A DNA stretch of 64,000 nucleotides from Patescibacteria group bacterium (GCA_004297205.1 SCUL01000002.1:252594-316593), one strand, 5' to 3'; shown: positions 19,038-28,868, numbered from the stretch's first letter. Notes: a model not told the origin generated them from the sequence alone. Numbers and translations are program-made.

Positions 19038-19729
19038 TTGACCAGAAAAACCCGTCCTCCGTCCTGATACCACCGTAGCAAGGGGCTCATCTCTCGAGAG
19101 GAGAAGAACTCGTAGATCGCCTTGCGGCATCCTTCGAGATGATAATCGTCGAAGACGATGTAGCCGCCGGGAGACACGGAATCATACAGCATCTCAAGGC
19201 AGCACTTCGTCGACCCGTAGGTGTCTCCATCGAGATGCAGAACGGACAACTTCCCCATGCGCTCCTTCACGCCGGGGACGGAATCCTGGAACCAACCCCT
19301 GATGACCTCGAAACGCCGACGATCCGCGCCTACGGCGGTCAACGCCGCGAAAACATCCTCCTCGGTGACTGCGTAATCTCCTTTCTCCGCGCCTTTCCAG
19401 GAAGCGTCCTCCTTCGTCGGCTCCGGGAGCCCCTCAAAAGAGTCAAAGAGCCATACCCGTTTCTTCGACGCCAGCGTGTCGAGAATCTTCCCCATGACCG
19501 CACCGCACCCACCCTTCCAGCACCCGAGCTCCGCGATGTCACCCTCGATGCCGTTCCGTTCCACGGCCTCGACAACGTCCGACATCTGGCATAACGCCGT
19601 ATACGAAAGCATCGAATGGGGAAATGCCTTCCGGACGAGCGGATACCGCACGAGGCTTCCCGGATGATTGAGCAAGAAGCGCCTGTTGATACGGAAAAGA
19701 CTGAGCGTCCTTTTGGGTTTCACGAGCAT
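19034..19729 (-). CDS. TylF/MycF-family SAM-dependent O-methyltransferase
   Basis: ELGCWKGG, VLHLDGDTYGSTK, IVFDDY motifs; paralogue of 258-1064. Confidence 0.8.
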   Translation of the reverse strand: MLVKPKRTLSLFRINRRFLLNHPGSLVRYPLVRKAFPHSMLSYTALCQMSDVVEAVERNGIEGDIAELGCWKGGCGAVMGKILDTLASKKRVWLFDSFEGLPEPTKEDASWKGAEKGDYAVTEEDVFAALTAVGADRRRFEVIRGWFQDSVPGVKERMGKLSVLHLDGDTYGSTKCCLEMLYDSVSPGGYIVFDDYHLEGCRKAIYEFFSSREMSPLLRWYQDGGRVFLVK

Positions 19730-19735
19730 ATGGTG

Positions 19736-21175
19736 TCAGCGCTCCATCCGTGAAACAATCCGCTCGTAGGCATGCGCCCCGAACACGGCACCGGCGACGT
19801 AGTCGCGGAGGGCCGGAGTGAGATGCTGGTGCACCGGAAGGAAGATGGCGGCATTCTGCCAATAGTTTCCGCATTCGATGCCGAAACTCCGCACGAACGC
19901 GGACGTTTCCTGCATGTCCCGCTCGTCCCTCATCCGCAATACGAACGCACCCGGCGATACGCCGTCCGCCGGTGCGCCGAACAGCGCCCGCGCATCGCCA
20001 AACAGGCCGCGGTAGTATACCTCATTGGCCAACCGCGCCGCGCGCGCCTCCGGCAGCCGCGGAAGCATCTCCGCGACCGTCGGCAAAATCAGCTGTTCCT
20101 TGTTCTCATCCGCACAGCCGAACCGCTGCCAGACCTCGGCGGTTTCGAAACGCTTTCCGACGAGCAGGCCGCCGAACTGCACGGGAAAAATCTTCGGAAG
20201 CGAATAGACGGCAAAGTCACCGACGTACCCCACGCCCGCCGTCCCCCACGCATAGGCGCAATCTTCGATGAGCGGGATGCGCCGCGTGTCGGCCTCCGCA
20301 CGGAGGTCCGCGAGCGCGGGATGGGGAAAACCGAACTCGTGGATGACGAAGATCGCGCGTGTCCGCTCGGTCAACGTCCGGCTCCACCGGCACGTCTGTT
20401 CGATCGCGGAGGTGACGCAGCTGGACACGTACGGGGACTCGGTGGTCGTCCGGATGCACACCTCGTCCTCCGGTCCGATCGCCCCTTCGTCCCGCAACGA
20501 ACGGAACAGCGCATGGATCGCGTACATCCCGCGCGGGAAGAACGTCCAGGCATCCGTTCCCAGCGCCGCCGACACCGCGCCGCGCGTCGCCGCAAGGTTC
20601 GGCGGCCGTTGTCCGACCGGAAGAAGGGATCGTCCGTCGAACGGCGTGATGTCAATGCGCGGCGGAAGCACGGGCGGACGCATGATGACGGGATAGCGTT
20701 CGGTGGCGAAACTGGAGAAATACTTCTGCAGCGACGGACGGTACGATGCGCCCACGTCCAAATACCGGAAGCGCGACCCGGAGAAGGCCTCGACGATGTG
20801 CCACAACAGCACGCTCGGCACATGGTGCCGCTTCCCCTCCTCCGTCGCCGCGTGGAAATGCAGGTACAACCGGTCCGGCAGTTCGGTCACGATGATCCCG
20901 CCGGCAAGCGCGTCCCCCAGAAAAGCGAAAAACAGATGCTGGGTCGGCCGCAAACGTTCCGGCAGGTCGTCGCGGTTCGGACAGAACGGGGCGAACAGGG
21001 CGATGTCCTCGGACGTCCCCGCGCGCTTCTCGATCCGCGGCCCGTACGACTGCCCCTTGCGGATCGCGGTACGGACCCGCTTCTCAATACGCAGCCACGC
21101 CTCCTGCGGATCAAGCAGGAGGCGGCTGCCGAATATCACGAAATCTTTGGAGCGGTAGGGTTCGTACCCGGGCAT
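19736..21175 (-). CDS. fusion protein: N-terminal FemAB-like GNAT (Acetyltransf_6) domain + C-terminal DegT/DnrJ/EryC1-family PLP-dependent aminotransferase domain
   Basis: N-half YLHFHAATEEGKRHHVPSVLLWHIVEAF...YLDVGAS (FemAB-like GNAT); C-half GMYAIHALF...GPEDEVCIRTTTE..., IFVIHEFGFP...IEDCAYAWG...AVYSLPKIFP (DegT motifs incl. candidate PLP-Lys). Confidence 0.5.
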   Translation of the reverse strand: MPGYEPYRSKDFVIFGSRLLLDPQEAWLRIEKRVRTAIRKGQSYGPRIEKRAGTSEDIALFAPFCPNRDDLPERLRPTQHLFFAFLGDALAGGIIVTELPDRLYLHFHAATEEGKRHHVPSVLLWHIVEAFSGSRFRYLDVGASYRPSLQKYFSSFATERYPVIMRPPVLPPRIDITPFDGRSLLPVGQRPPNLAATRGAVSAALGTDAWTFFPRGMYAIHALFRSLRDEGAIGPEDEVCIRTTTESPYVSSCVTSAIEQTCRWSRTLTERTRAIFVIHEFGFPHPALADLRAEADTRRIPLIEDCAYAWGTAGVGYVGDFAVYSLPKIFPVQFGGLLVGKRFETAEVWQRFGCADENKEQLILPTVAEMLPRLPEARAARLANEVYYRGLFGDARALFGAPADGVSPGAFVLRMRDERDMQETSAFVRSFGIECGNYWQNAAIFLPVHQHLTPALRDYVAGAVFGAHAYERIVSRMER

Positions 21176-21178
21176 ACG

Positions 21179-22207
21179 TCACGGCGACTCCGGCGCCCCC
21201 CCTGCCGCAATCGAACGTTGCGCGGCGGCGATGATGCGGACGACGTCCAGCCCGAACTGCGCGTCGGTGAGCGTCGGCGCCCCTCCCCGTGCGGCCGCGA
21301 CGAACTCTTCAAGCTCCTGGACGAGCGCTTCCTTGTTTCCCAACCAGGGGATCACCACGTCCCCGCTGCGATACACGGGTTCGAACGTCGTCTCTCCCGT
21401 CAAATCCACGTCGACCCCGTGATCGTAGACCTTCACTTTTTCGATGGGCGCGATGTCGTCGTACGCCACCATCTTGCGGCTGCCGCCGACGAGCATTTTC
21501 CGGATCTTGACCGGCGAGAGCCAGCTTGCATGCACGTGGGCAACGATGTCGTTCGGATAGCGCAACAACAGATGCGCAACCTCCGACCGGGGCGAGGACG
21601 TCTTGCGCGTGACGTAGGCCGAACCCAACGCGGATACGCGCTCCGGCATGACGCCGAGCAGATACTGAAAGATGGAAAGGTCATGCGCGGCAAGGTCTGC
21701 GATCACGTCCACGTCCGGCTGAATCAGGCCGAGGTTGATGCGTTCCGAGTCGAGGTACCGGATGACGCCCAGGTCGCCCGCCGTGACGAGTTCCTTCAGG
21801 CGACGCACGGCGGGGGTGTACAAAAAGGTGTGGTCCACGTGCAGCACGCGTCCCCGGGAGGCGGCGAGCGTGACGAGCTCCTCCGCTTCCTGCACGGTCG
21901 CCGTCATCGGTTTTTCCACCCAGACATGCTTCCCTGCCGCGAGCGCCGCGCGGCACAAGGCGGCGTGGGTCGTGACCGGCGTCGCGATCAGCACCGCATC
22001 CACGTCGGGCGCGTCAAACACGGCCGCGGCATCGGTTTCGACGCGGACGTGCGGCGCCCCACGCTGCACGGCGGCAAGCGCTTCGGGCCGGCGGTCGCAC
22101 ACGGCGATCAGACGCGCCTCGGGGGCGGCGAGGGCGACGCGGACGAGGTTCTTTCCCCAGTACCCGGCGCCGATGATGGCGATGCGGAGCGGTTCCATAG
22201 GGGTCAA
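21179..22207 (-). CDS. Gfo/Idh/MocA-family NAD(P)-dependent oxidoreductase (WbpB-like UDP-sugar 3-dehydrogenase candidate)
   Basis: LRIAIIGAGYWGKNLV Rossmann start, EKPMT motif, full-length 342 aa. Confidence 0.75.
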   Translation of the reverse strand: MTPMEPLRIAIIGAGYWGKNLVRVALAAPEARLIAVCDRRPEALAAVQRGAPHVRVETDAAAVFDAPDVDAVLIATPVTTHAALCRAALAAGKHVWVEKPMTATVQEAEELVTLAASRGRVLHVDHTFLYTPAVRRLKELVTAGDLGVIRYLDSERINLGLIQPDVDVIADLAAHDLSIFQYLLGVMPERVSALGSAYVTRKTSSPRSEVAHLLLRYPNDIVAHVHASWLSPVKIRKMLVGGSRKMVAYDDIAPIEKVKVYDHGVDVDLTGETTFEPVYRSGDVVIPWLGNKEALVQELEEFVAAARGGAPTLTDAQFGLDVVRIIAAAQRSIAAGGAPESP

Positions 22208-22938
22208 CGCCGGCGTCCGGCCAGGACGTATAATTCGGCCGCCAACCGCGGGTCAAGCTGGGTGCCCACGGACCCGAATGCGGCGACCATCTCCGCCGGC
22301 AGGCGTTCCATGCGTCCGTTGGGGAACGGTTTGAGGAACAATCCGCCCGCGGCGCGGATACCGAGCCCCGCGGCGCGCACGTCCCGTTGCAACGAATCGA
22401 AGTCGTACACCTTCCGATGTCCGAAGAGCGCCACGTCCCGTTGGCTCAAGGCGTGCTCATCGCGGATCAGGCCCATGGCCTTGCCGATGCGGCGGTGGAG
22501 CGAATAGGCGTTGTGCGAGGTGATGTAGATGACGCCGCCACGAGTGAGCCATGCGGACGCGCGCCGCAGAAACGCGACCGGCCGCGGCAGCGCGGGAAGC
22601 ACGCCGGAAAGGACGATGGTGTCATACCGGCGATCCGGCTGGAAATCCTGAAACAGGGAGGCGTAATAACGCACGTGTCCCTTCCTGCGCGGGGCGACCC
22701 GCGCCAGGAGACGACGGACGCTGCGGATGTACTCCTCGGACGCGTCAACGACGTCGAGTCTGTGCGCCCGCGGCACCAGGAGACGCGTCATCAACCCCAT
22801 CGCACACCCCAACTCCAAGGTCGTCCCGAACCGCGGGCGCAGCTCGGCGAGTTTGTCGAACTTGTACGCCAGCAGCACCCGGTCGAAGTCCTTCCGGTTG
22901 TCGTATCGGCGGGCGTAGGATCCGAAGTCGGTCGGCAT
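22204..22938 (-). CDS. class I SAM-dependent methyltransferase
   Basis: Start MPTDFGS at 22938; LELGCAMGLMT...YDTIVLSGVLP; upstream part of track ORF is Arg-rich junk. Confidence 0.65.
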   Translation of the reverse strand: MPTDFGSYARRYDNRKDFDRVLLAYKFDKLAELRPRFGTTLELGCAMGLMTRLLVPRAHRLDVVDASEEYIRSVRRLLARVAPRRKGHVRYYASLFQDFQPDRRYDTIVLSGVLPALPRPVAFLRRASAWLTRGGVIYITSHNAYSLHRRIGKAMGLIRDEHALSQRDVALFGHRKVYDFDSLQRDVRAAGLGIRAAGGLFLKPFPNGRMERLPAEMVAAFGSVGTQLDPRLAAELYVLAGRRR

Positions 22939-22940
22939 AT

Positions 22941-24068
22941 TCAATGCGTCGCGAAATCGCGGATGGCGGCGACCACCTCGTCGACGTGCGTGTCCGGCAA
23001 TTCCGGATAGATCGGCAACGAGAGGATGTCCCCCGCGAGCGCCTCGGCACGCGGCAGCGACCCCTGTCCCTTGCCGGAATCCGCGTACGCCTTCTGCAGA
23101 TGGATCGGATACGGATAATGGATGCCGGTCTCGATCCCGGCGGCGGCGAGGTGGGCGGCCAGCGCGTCCCGGCGCGTCGAGCGGATCACGTACAAATGGT
23201 AGACGTGCTCGTTGCCCGGAACGACCCGCATCGGCCGAATGTCCGGCAGGTGCGCGAATGCCGCGTCGTACCGCGCGGCAATGGCGCGGCGGCGCGCGTT
23301 CCACGCGTCGAGATGCGGAAGTTTGACGGAGAGCACCGCGCCCTGGATGCCGTGCATGCGCGCGTTGAATCCGACCAGGTCATGGACGTATTTCCGGGGC
23401 ATGCCGTGATTGCGCAGCAGGCGGAGGCGCGCCGCAAGCTCCTCGTCGTTCGTGACCACCGCGCCGGCTTCTCCGGCGGCGCCGAGATTCTTCCCGGGAT
23501 AGAAGCTGAACGCGGCGGCTTTCCCGACCGACCCCGCGCGCTTCCCGTCTTGGCGCGCTCCGTGCGCTTGGCAGGCGTCCTCAAACACGGCGATGCCGCG
23601 GGGTTCCGCGACGGCGGCCACCTCGCGCATGGGGGCCATCTGTCCGTACAAGTGGACGGGAACGACCGCTTTTGTCTTCTCCGTCAACGCGGCCGCGACG
23701 GCGGACGGATCGATCAAACCCGTATCCGCGTCGCAGTCGACGAACACCGGCGTCGCCCCCGCCCGGCACACCGCCTCCGCGGTGGCAACGAACGTGTTGG
23801 CCGGCACGATGACCTCGTCGCCCGGACCGATGCCGGCCGCGGTGAACAGGAGAATCAACGCGTTCGTCCCGTTGGTCACGCCGACGGCATGTTTCACGCC
23901 GCAATAGGCCGCAAAGGACTCTTCGAAACGCGCCACGGCCGGACCCAGAACGAAACGGGATTCCTCGAACACCCCTTCGATCGCGCGGTGGATGTCATCG
24001 CGGATGGTGAGGTACTGCGCGTGGAGGTCCAAAAACGGGATGCGTGCGGGCGAAGGGACGGAATTCAT
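22941..24068 (-). CDS. DegT/DnrJ/EryC1/StrS-family sugar aminotransferase (WbpE/PseC-like)
   Basis: FLDLHAQY, GPGDEVIVPANTFVAT, AFSFYPGKNLGAAGEAGAVV (PLP-Lys region), full length 375 aa. Confidence 0.85.
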   Translation of the reverse strand: MNSVPSPARIPFLDLHAQYLTIRDDIHRAIEGVFEESRFVLGPAVARFEESFAAYCGVKHAVGVTNGTNALILLFTAAGIGPGDEVIVPANTFVATAEAVCRAGATPVFVDCDADTGLIDPSAVAAALTEKTKAVVPVHLYGQMAPMREVAAVAEPRGIAVFEDACQAHGARQDGKRAGSVGKAAAFSFYPGKNLGAAGEAGAVVTNDEELAARLRLLRNHGMPRKYVHDLVGFNARMHGIQGAVLSVKLPHLDAWNARRRAIAARYDAAFAHLPDIRPMRVVPGNEHVYHLYVIRSTRRDALAAHLAAAGIETGIHYPYPIHLQKAYADSGKGQGSLPRAEALAGDILSLPIYPELPDTHVDEVVAAIRDFATH

Positions 24069-24076
24069 AAGATGCG

Positions 24077-24105
24077 ATCATAGCCGAGAAAGGCGCGGAA
24101 AGCAA
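24077..24105 (-). promoter_or_regulatory. near-consensus sigma70 promoter (TTGCTT-17-TATGAT) giving an almost leaderless transcript of the DegT gene
   Basis: Minus strand: TTGCTT (24105-24100), 17-nt spacer, TATGAT (24082-24077), then only 8 nt (cgcatctt) before ATG at 24068; sits in the only 60-nt gap of the 27-gene cluster. Confidence 0.5.
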
Positions 24106-24128
24106 GACGCGCGGCCCGATGCGGAACT

Positions 24129-24932
24129 TCAGCCGGCGGCCGGCGGTTTACGGCCTGCGGCGTAGATGAAATCCCCCCAGCGCGGCGAGAGCAGCGATGC
24201 GGCCTGAAAAAAGACGTGGTGCATCTTGCGCGGATTGCGCAGCCAGCGCCACCGGAAATACCCGGGCCGCGCCACGACGGAGACGGGAACGAAACCGCTC
24301 CAGGCGAGCATGGCCCGGCACTCGGCGACCGTGAACTCGCGGACATGGCCGGTGAAATCCGTGCCCGCGTCAAAATAGTCCTTGATGTCCCAGTTCGGCG
24401 ACCGGCCGAGCACGAACCGGACGCGCTTCAACAGCGACGCGATGTTCGGCGTGGAGAAGACGAAGTGTCCGCCCGGCGCGAGCACACGGAAGGCCTCGGC
24501 GAACACCTGCTTGTGGATGCCATGGAAATGTTCGATCGCCGCGTGGCAGGTCACCAGATCGAAACTGCGGTCCGGAAACGGGAACGGGTCGGCCAGATCG
24601 TGCGCGAGCACGCGCACGCCTTCCGCCTGCCAGACGCGGGCGAGGCCGGCATGCGTTGCCGTGTCGTGACGGAACGGACTCTCCCCGCTCTCGGGAAAAA
24701 TGAATTTATCAAGACCGACGGCTTCGCTCGCGCCGGCGCGCCTGGCGGCAACGAGGTGGATGCCGACGGACGAACCGAGTTCGAGCACGCGTTTCCCCGC
24801 GTAGCCGCCGGCGACGCGGTCCGCGAAGGCCATGGCACGCACCAGACGGAACTCCTCGATGCGTTCCCGTTCGGCAGGCGCGCCCAAGACGCGGTACGCC
24901 TCGCCGACGAAACGGGAAAAATCGGTTGTCAT
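24129..24932 (-). CDS. class I SAM-dependent methyltransferase
   Basis: VLELGSSVGIHL...DLVTCHAAIEHF...PGGHFVFSTPN motifs. Confidence 0.7.
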   Translation of the reverse strand: MTTDFSRFVGEAYRVLGAPAERERIEEFRLVRAMAFADRVAGGYAGKRVLELGSSVGIHLVAARRAGASEAVGLDKFIFPESGESPFRHDTATHAGLARVWQAEGVRVLAHDLADPFPFPDRSFDLVTCHAAIEHFHGIHKQVFAEAFRVLAPGGHFVFSTPNIASLLKRVRFVLGRSPNWDIKDYFDAGTDFTGHVREFTVAECRAMLAWSGFVPVSVVARPGYFRWRWLRNPRKMHHVFFQAASLLSPRWGDFIYAAGRKPPAAG

Positions 24933-24935
24933 ACG

Positions 24936-26780
24936 TCAAGCAAGATAGGCCCGATACCAGGCCTGGAACGTCATCACCGCCCACACCTGCGTGAGGCCGT
25001 AGGCGCGCTGGGCGACGTGGTCGTCGAGCATCGTTCGTGCGGCGGCCAGGTCGATCCACTCCCCGCTCCCCGGCGCGTAGCCGTCGGAGAGCAGTTCCCG
25101 CGCGAGCGGCAGCAGGTCGCCGCGCAGCCACTTGGACGCCGGCGAAAAGAACCCCCGCTTTTTCTGACGCGCCACGAACGGCGGAATGACGTCGGCAAAG
25201 GCCGCGCGCAACACGCGTTTGCCGAGCGTCCTGCTCCCGAGCTTGCGGCGCGACGGAATGCGGAAGGCGAGCTCCGCGAGCATCGGGTCCAAGAGCGGCA
25301 CGCGCTGTTCGAGCCCGTGTGCCATGGTCATCTTGTCCGTTCGCATGAGCGATTCGTCCGGCAGCCACGTTCGCGCGTCCACGGCCATGATCTGGTTGAC
25401 GCCGTCCTTCCACGGCGCGGCGAACAACGGCGCAAAGTGCCGGCGCGCGGCCTGCGCATCGTTGACGCCGGGCGGCAGCAGCCGTCCGACGCGCTCCTCT
25501 TTCTGCGCCATGAATGCCAAGAACCGTTCGAGGCCCGACGCCAGCGCAGCCTTCTCAGCCAGCGATTCGGCGCGCGCCAGCCGTCCGACGGCGCGCAGCA
25601 CCGACGGATGCCGGAGCATGCCCGGAAGCTGGTCGATCCGGCCGAGCATGGCGTGATACCAGTACCGATCGTACCCGCCGAACAGCTCGTCGCCGCCGTC
25701 GCCGCCCAAGGCCACGGTGATGTGCGGCTTGGCGTATTTCGCAAGGAGATAGGTGGATGGCTGGACATGGTTGGAAACCGGCTCGTCCATGTGCCGGACG
25801 ACCTCCTCGAACACCGCGGCCACGTCACGTCCGGAAATGCGCAGCGCGTGATGGTCGGTGCCGAAGTGCGCGGCGGTACGCGCCGCCACGTCGAAATCCG
25901 CGTTGTATTTCTCCGCTTCGGCCGTAGCCTCGTAGCCGACGGAAAACGTCTTGATCGCGCCCGTCGCCTGCTGCCGCATGGACCCAAGCACGATCGTGGA
26001 ATCGATGCCGCCGGAGAGGAACACGCCGAGCGGACGGTCGGAGACGAGTTGGCGGTGCACCGCGGCATCCACGCCGGCACGCACGGCGGGAACGGTCTCT
26101 TGATCCGGCAACGGCTCCCCTTCCTTGATTTCCCAAAAAGGCCGCTCGGCGAACGCGTCGCCGCGCAGCGTCGCCACGTGACCCGGCTGCAGCTTGCGGA
26201 TGCCGGCGAACATGGTCCGCGGTCCCGGCACGTACAAGAAGCGGAAGTACAAGTTGAGCGCTTCCGGATCAACGCGCCGTTCCACGTCGCGGTGCGCGAG
26301 GATGCCTTTGATCTCCGACGAGAACAGCAGCCGCTTCCCATCCCAACGGTAATACAGCGGCTTCACGCCGAGATGGTCGCGCGCGAGCGTCAGCGTCCGC
26401 GTATCGCGGTCCCAGATGCCGAAGGCGAAGATGCCGTTCAACTTGCGGAGGCCGTCGATGCCCTCGCGTGCAAACAATGCCAGGAGCACCTCGGTGTCCG
26501 ACTGCGAACGAAAACGCGCGCCGCCGCGTTCAAGATCGGCGCGCACCTCCTTATAGTTATAGATCTCGCCGTTGAAAACGATGATGAACCGTCCGTCCGC
26601 GGTGGCCATCGGCTGACGGCCGAGCGGCGAGAGGTCGATGATGGACAGCCGGTTGTGCGCGAGCGAGACGCCGTCCTGCTCGAAGAACCCTTCGTCGTCC
26701 GGACCGCGGTGGCGCGTGGCCGCGTGCATGCGGCGCAAGGCGTCGGGATCGGAAAAGGAGAAGCCGTTGATGCCGCACAT
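24936..26780 (-). CDS. asnB: asparagine synthase (glutamine-hydrolysing) family amidotransferase (WbpS-like)
   Basis: N-terminal MCGINGFSF (Ntn Cys2 GATase), SGGIDS PP-loop, 614 aa. Confidence 0.85.
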   Translation of the reverse strand: MCGINGFSFSDPDALRRMHAATRHRGPDDEGFFEQDGVSLAHNRLSIIDLSPLGRQPMATADGRFIIVFNGEIYNYKEVRADLERGGARFRSQSDTEVLLALFAREGIDGLRKLNGIFAFGIWDRDTRTLTLARDHLGVKPLYYRWDGKRLLFSSEIKGILAHRDVERRVDPEALNLYFRFLYVPGPRTMFAGIRKLQPGHVATLRGDAFAERPFWEIKEGEPLPDQETVPAVRAGVDAAVHRQLVSDRPLGVFLSGGIDSTIVLGSMRQQATGAIKTFSVGYEATAEAEKYNADFDVAARTAAHFGTDHHALRISGRDVAAVFEEVVRHMDEPVSNHVQPSTYLLAKYAKPHITVALGGDGGDELFGGYDRYWYHAMLGRIDQLPGMLRHPSVLRAVGRLARAESLAEKAALASGLERFLAFMAQKEERVGRLLPPGVNDAQAARRHFAPLFAAPWKDGVNQIMAVDARTWLPDESLMRTDKMTMAHGLEQRVPLLDPMLAELAFRIPSRRKLGSRTLGKRVLRAAFADVIPPFVARQKKRGFFSPASKWLRGDLLPLARELLSDGYAPGSGEWIDLAAARTMLDDHVAQRAYGLTQVWAVMTFQAWYRAYLA

Positions 26781-26781
26781 A

Positions 26782-27795
26782 TCAATTTCCCGGACGGATG
26801 TAGGCCGCCATCTTTTCGACGAGCGCGTCGAGGCCGTGCTTCTCCCGGACGATGCGGCGCAGGTCCTCGCGCGGCGTCGGCGTGAGCGCGCGGATGTAGG
26901 CGGCGACCGCCTCCGGCGTATCGTCGGCCGGCGCGCCCGGATACCCGATGGCCAGCGCGTGGCCGCGCGTGATGACCGGCGTGACGCCGCAGAACATGGC
27001 TTCGACGACGGTCTTGTCGACCGTATCCGGCACCATGTTCACGAGCACCTGGAAACGCGGATAGACGGAACGGAGCTCCGGCATCGGCACCGACCCCATG
27101 AAACGCACACGGCCTTTGAGCGCCGGCGATTCGGCGAGCGCGCGGAGTTCTTCGGCGTAGGCCGGATCCTGGCGCGGATCGAGCGGGCGGCCGTAGTGCG
27201 TCAGCGTGTATTCCGGCGGCAGGAGCGCCAGCGCCTTGAGCGTGATCTCCATGCGCTTGGAGCGCGAAATGCGGTGGACGGCCAGCAGGTGCGTGGCCGG
27301 CTCGCGCGCGGGCGGTTCCGGCACGTCCCAGAAGGCGGTGTCCACGCCGTGGCCGGTGACGACTTTGCGCGGATCGCCCTCGTACTGCGGCAGGCAGTCC
27401 TTCGTTGCGGCGAACATGCGCTTCACGATCTTGTCGCCGATCTTCAGGGAAAGCGGGCGCGTGTAGTGCGTGTACCAAAGGTACGTCGGGGTGCGGCGCA
27501 GGAACCAGTACCAGGCGCCGGCAGCCAGCCAGCGCGGATTCATGTGCACGAAGACGCGGTCGTGCGGAACGGTCAGCAGGATGCGTTGGAACTCGAGGAA
27601 CGACCGCCAGGTGGGCCAGCCCTTTTCCCGGCCCAGCGAGTGCACAGGAAACGGCAGGCTGTGCTCGCGCACCTCAAGCGCAATCACGGTCACGGCAAAG
27701 CCCGCCCGCGCAAAGGCCTTGGCCCAGAGGCTCGTGAACGCGAAGTCGTCGTCGCGTTCGTGGATCTTCGGGGTGATGAAGAGCAGGCGCAGCAT
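26782..27795 (-). CDS. glycosyltransferase (GT4/GT1 family)
   Basis: Start MLRLLFITPK at 27795 (TGATG overlap with WecB stop); C-terminal ...MGSVPMPELRSVYPRFQVLVNMV...EAMFCGVTPVI. Confidence 0.65.
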   Translation of the reverse strand: MLRLLFITPKIHERDDDFAFTSLWAKAFARAGFAVTVIALEVREHSLPFPVHSLGREKGWPTWRSFLEFQRILLTVPHDRVFVHMNPRWLAAGAWYWFLRRTPTYLWYTHYTRPLSLKIGDKIVKRMFAATKDCLPQYEGDPRKVVTGHGVDTAFWDVPEPPAREPATHLLAVHRISRSKRMEITLKALALLPPEYTLTHYGRPLDPRQDPAYAEELRALAESPALKGRVRFMGSVPMPELRSVYPRFQVLVNMVPDTVDKTVVEAMFCGVTPVITRGHALAIGYPGAPADDTPEAVAAYIRALTPTPREDLRRIVREKHGLDALVEKMAAYIRPGN

Positions 27796-28868
27796 CACTT
27801 CAGGAGAATATCGGCGATGCGTTCCGCGGCGTGTCCGTCCCAGAGTTCTGGGACGCGGCCTTTCTTCCAAGTGCCGGCAAGCACGCGCTCCACGGCAGCG
27901 CTAATCACGGCCGGATCATGGCCGACGATTTCGCTCGTCCCCACGTCGACCGTGATCGGCCGTTCCGTTTGTCCGCGCAGGGTGAGACACGGCACGCCGA
28001 GCGCGGTCGTCTCCTCCTGGAGCCCGCCGGAGTCGGTGACCACGGCTTTGGCCGCGCGCACCAGCGCCAGCATGTCGACGTAACCGAGCGGTTCGATGAT
28101 GCGCACGCCGGGCGCGGCGGCGAGGGCCGTTCCTTCCAAACGGTCGCGGACGCGGTGATGGACCGGATAGACGAGCGGGAGACGCTCGGCGGTCTTGGCC
28201 AGCGTTTCCGCGAGCGCGCGGAAGGATTCCGGATCATCCACGTTCTCCGGCCGGTGGAGGGTCAGCACGCCATAGCCGCCGGGCGTGAGGCCGAGGCGCG
28301 CCAACACGCCGCTCTCGGCGGCCTGCGGTTCAAGCCGGCGCAGCGTATCGATCATGACGTTCCCGACCAGGTGGACGCGCTCGTCGGGAATGCGTTCGGC
28401 ATGCAAATTGGCGACGCCCGACGGCTCGGTCACGAACAGCCAACGGCTGTGGTGGTCGGCGATCATGCGGTTGAGCTCCTCGGGCATCGGCCAGTGGAAG
28501 GAGCGCAAACCTGCTTCGACATGCGCCACCGGGACGCCTGCCAGCACGCCGGCCATCGCCGCGGCCGCGGTCGAAGTGACGTCGCCGACGACGACGAGCA
28601 CGTCCGGCGCCTGCGTCTTCAGGATCGGTACGAGCACCTCGACGATCGCCTTGCTTTGGACGATACGGTCGCCCGGGCCCACGCCGAGGTGGACGTCCGG
28701 CGCCGGCAGCCCGAGGTCGCGGAAAAAGACGTCCGACATCAACGGATCGTAATGCTGGCCGGTGTGGATGAAGGTGATCCGCGCGCCGCGCGCGGCGAGT
28801 GCCGCGCGCAGGGGGGCGACCTTCATGAAATTCGGCCGTGCGCCGGCCACGAGCGCGATGTGTTTCAT
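27795..28868 (-). CDS. UDP-N-acetylglucosamine (or UDP-diacetamido-uronate) 2-epimerase, WecB/WbpI family
   Basis: MKHIALVAGARPNFMKVAPL..., HTGQHYD, DSGGLQEE motifs; AAGGAG RBS 6 nt upstream of ATG 28868. Confidence 0.85.
   Translation of the reverse strand: MKHIALVAGARPNFMKVAPLRAALAARGARITFIHTGQHYDPLMSDVFFRDLGLPAPDVHLGVGPGDRIVQSKAIVEVLVPILKTQAPDVLVVVGDVTSTAAAAMAGVLAGVPVAHVEAGLRSFHWPMPEELNRMIADHHSRWLFVTEPSGVANLHAERIPDERVHLVGNVMIDTLRRLEPQAAESGVLARLGLTPGGYGVLTLHRPENVDDPESFRALAETLAKTAERLPLVYPVHHRVRDRLEGTALAAAPGVRIIEPLGYVDMLALVRAAKAVVTDSGGLQEETTALGVPCLTLRGQTERPITVDVGTSEIVGHDPAVISAAVERVLAGTWKKGRVPELWDGHAAERIADILLK

Noticed and set aside
10856-26885. Several very long plus-strand ORFs (10856-13759, 13672-16671, 19772-22507, 24216-26885) overlapping the minus-strand glycan cluster
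   Set aside because: All have Arg/Ala/Gly/Pro-rich low-complexity products without domains, while the opposing minus-strand frames encode recognisable enzymes (dehydrogenase, flippase, DegT, AsnB) with coupled starts; GC-driven shadow ORFs.
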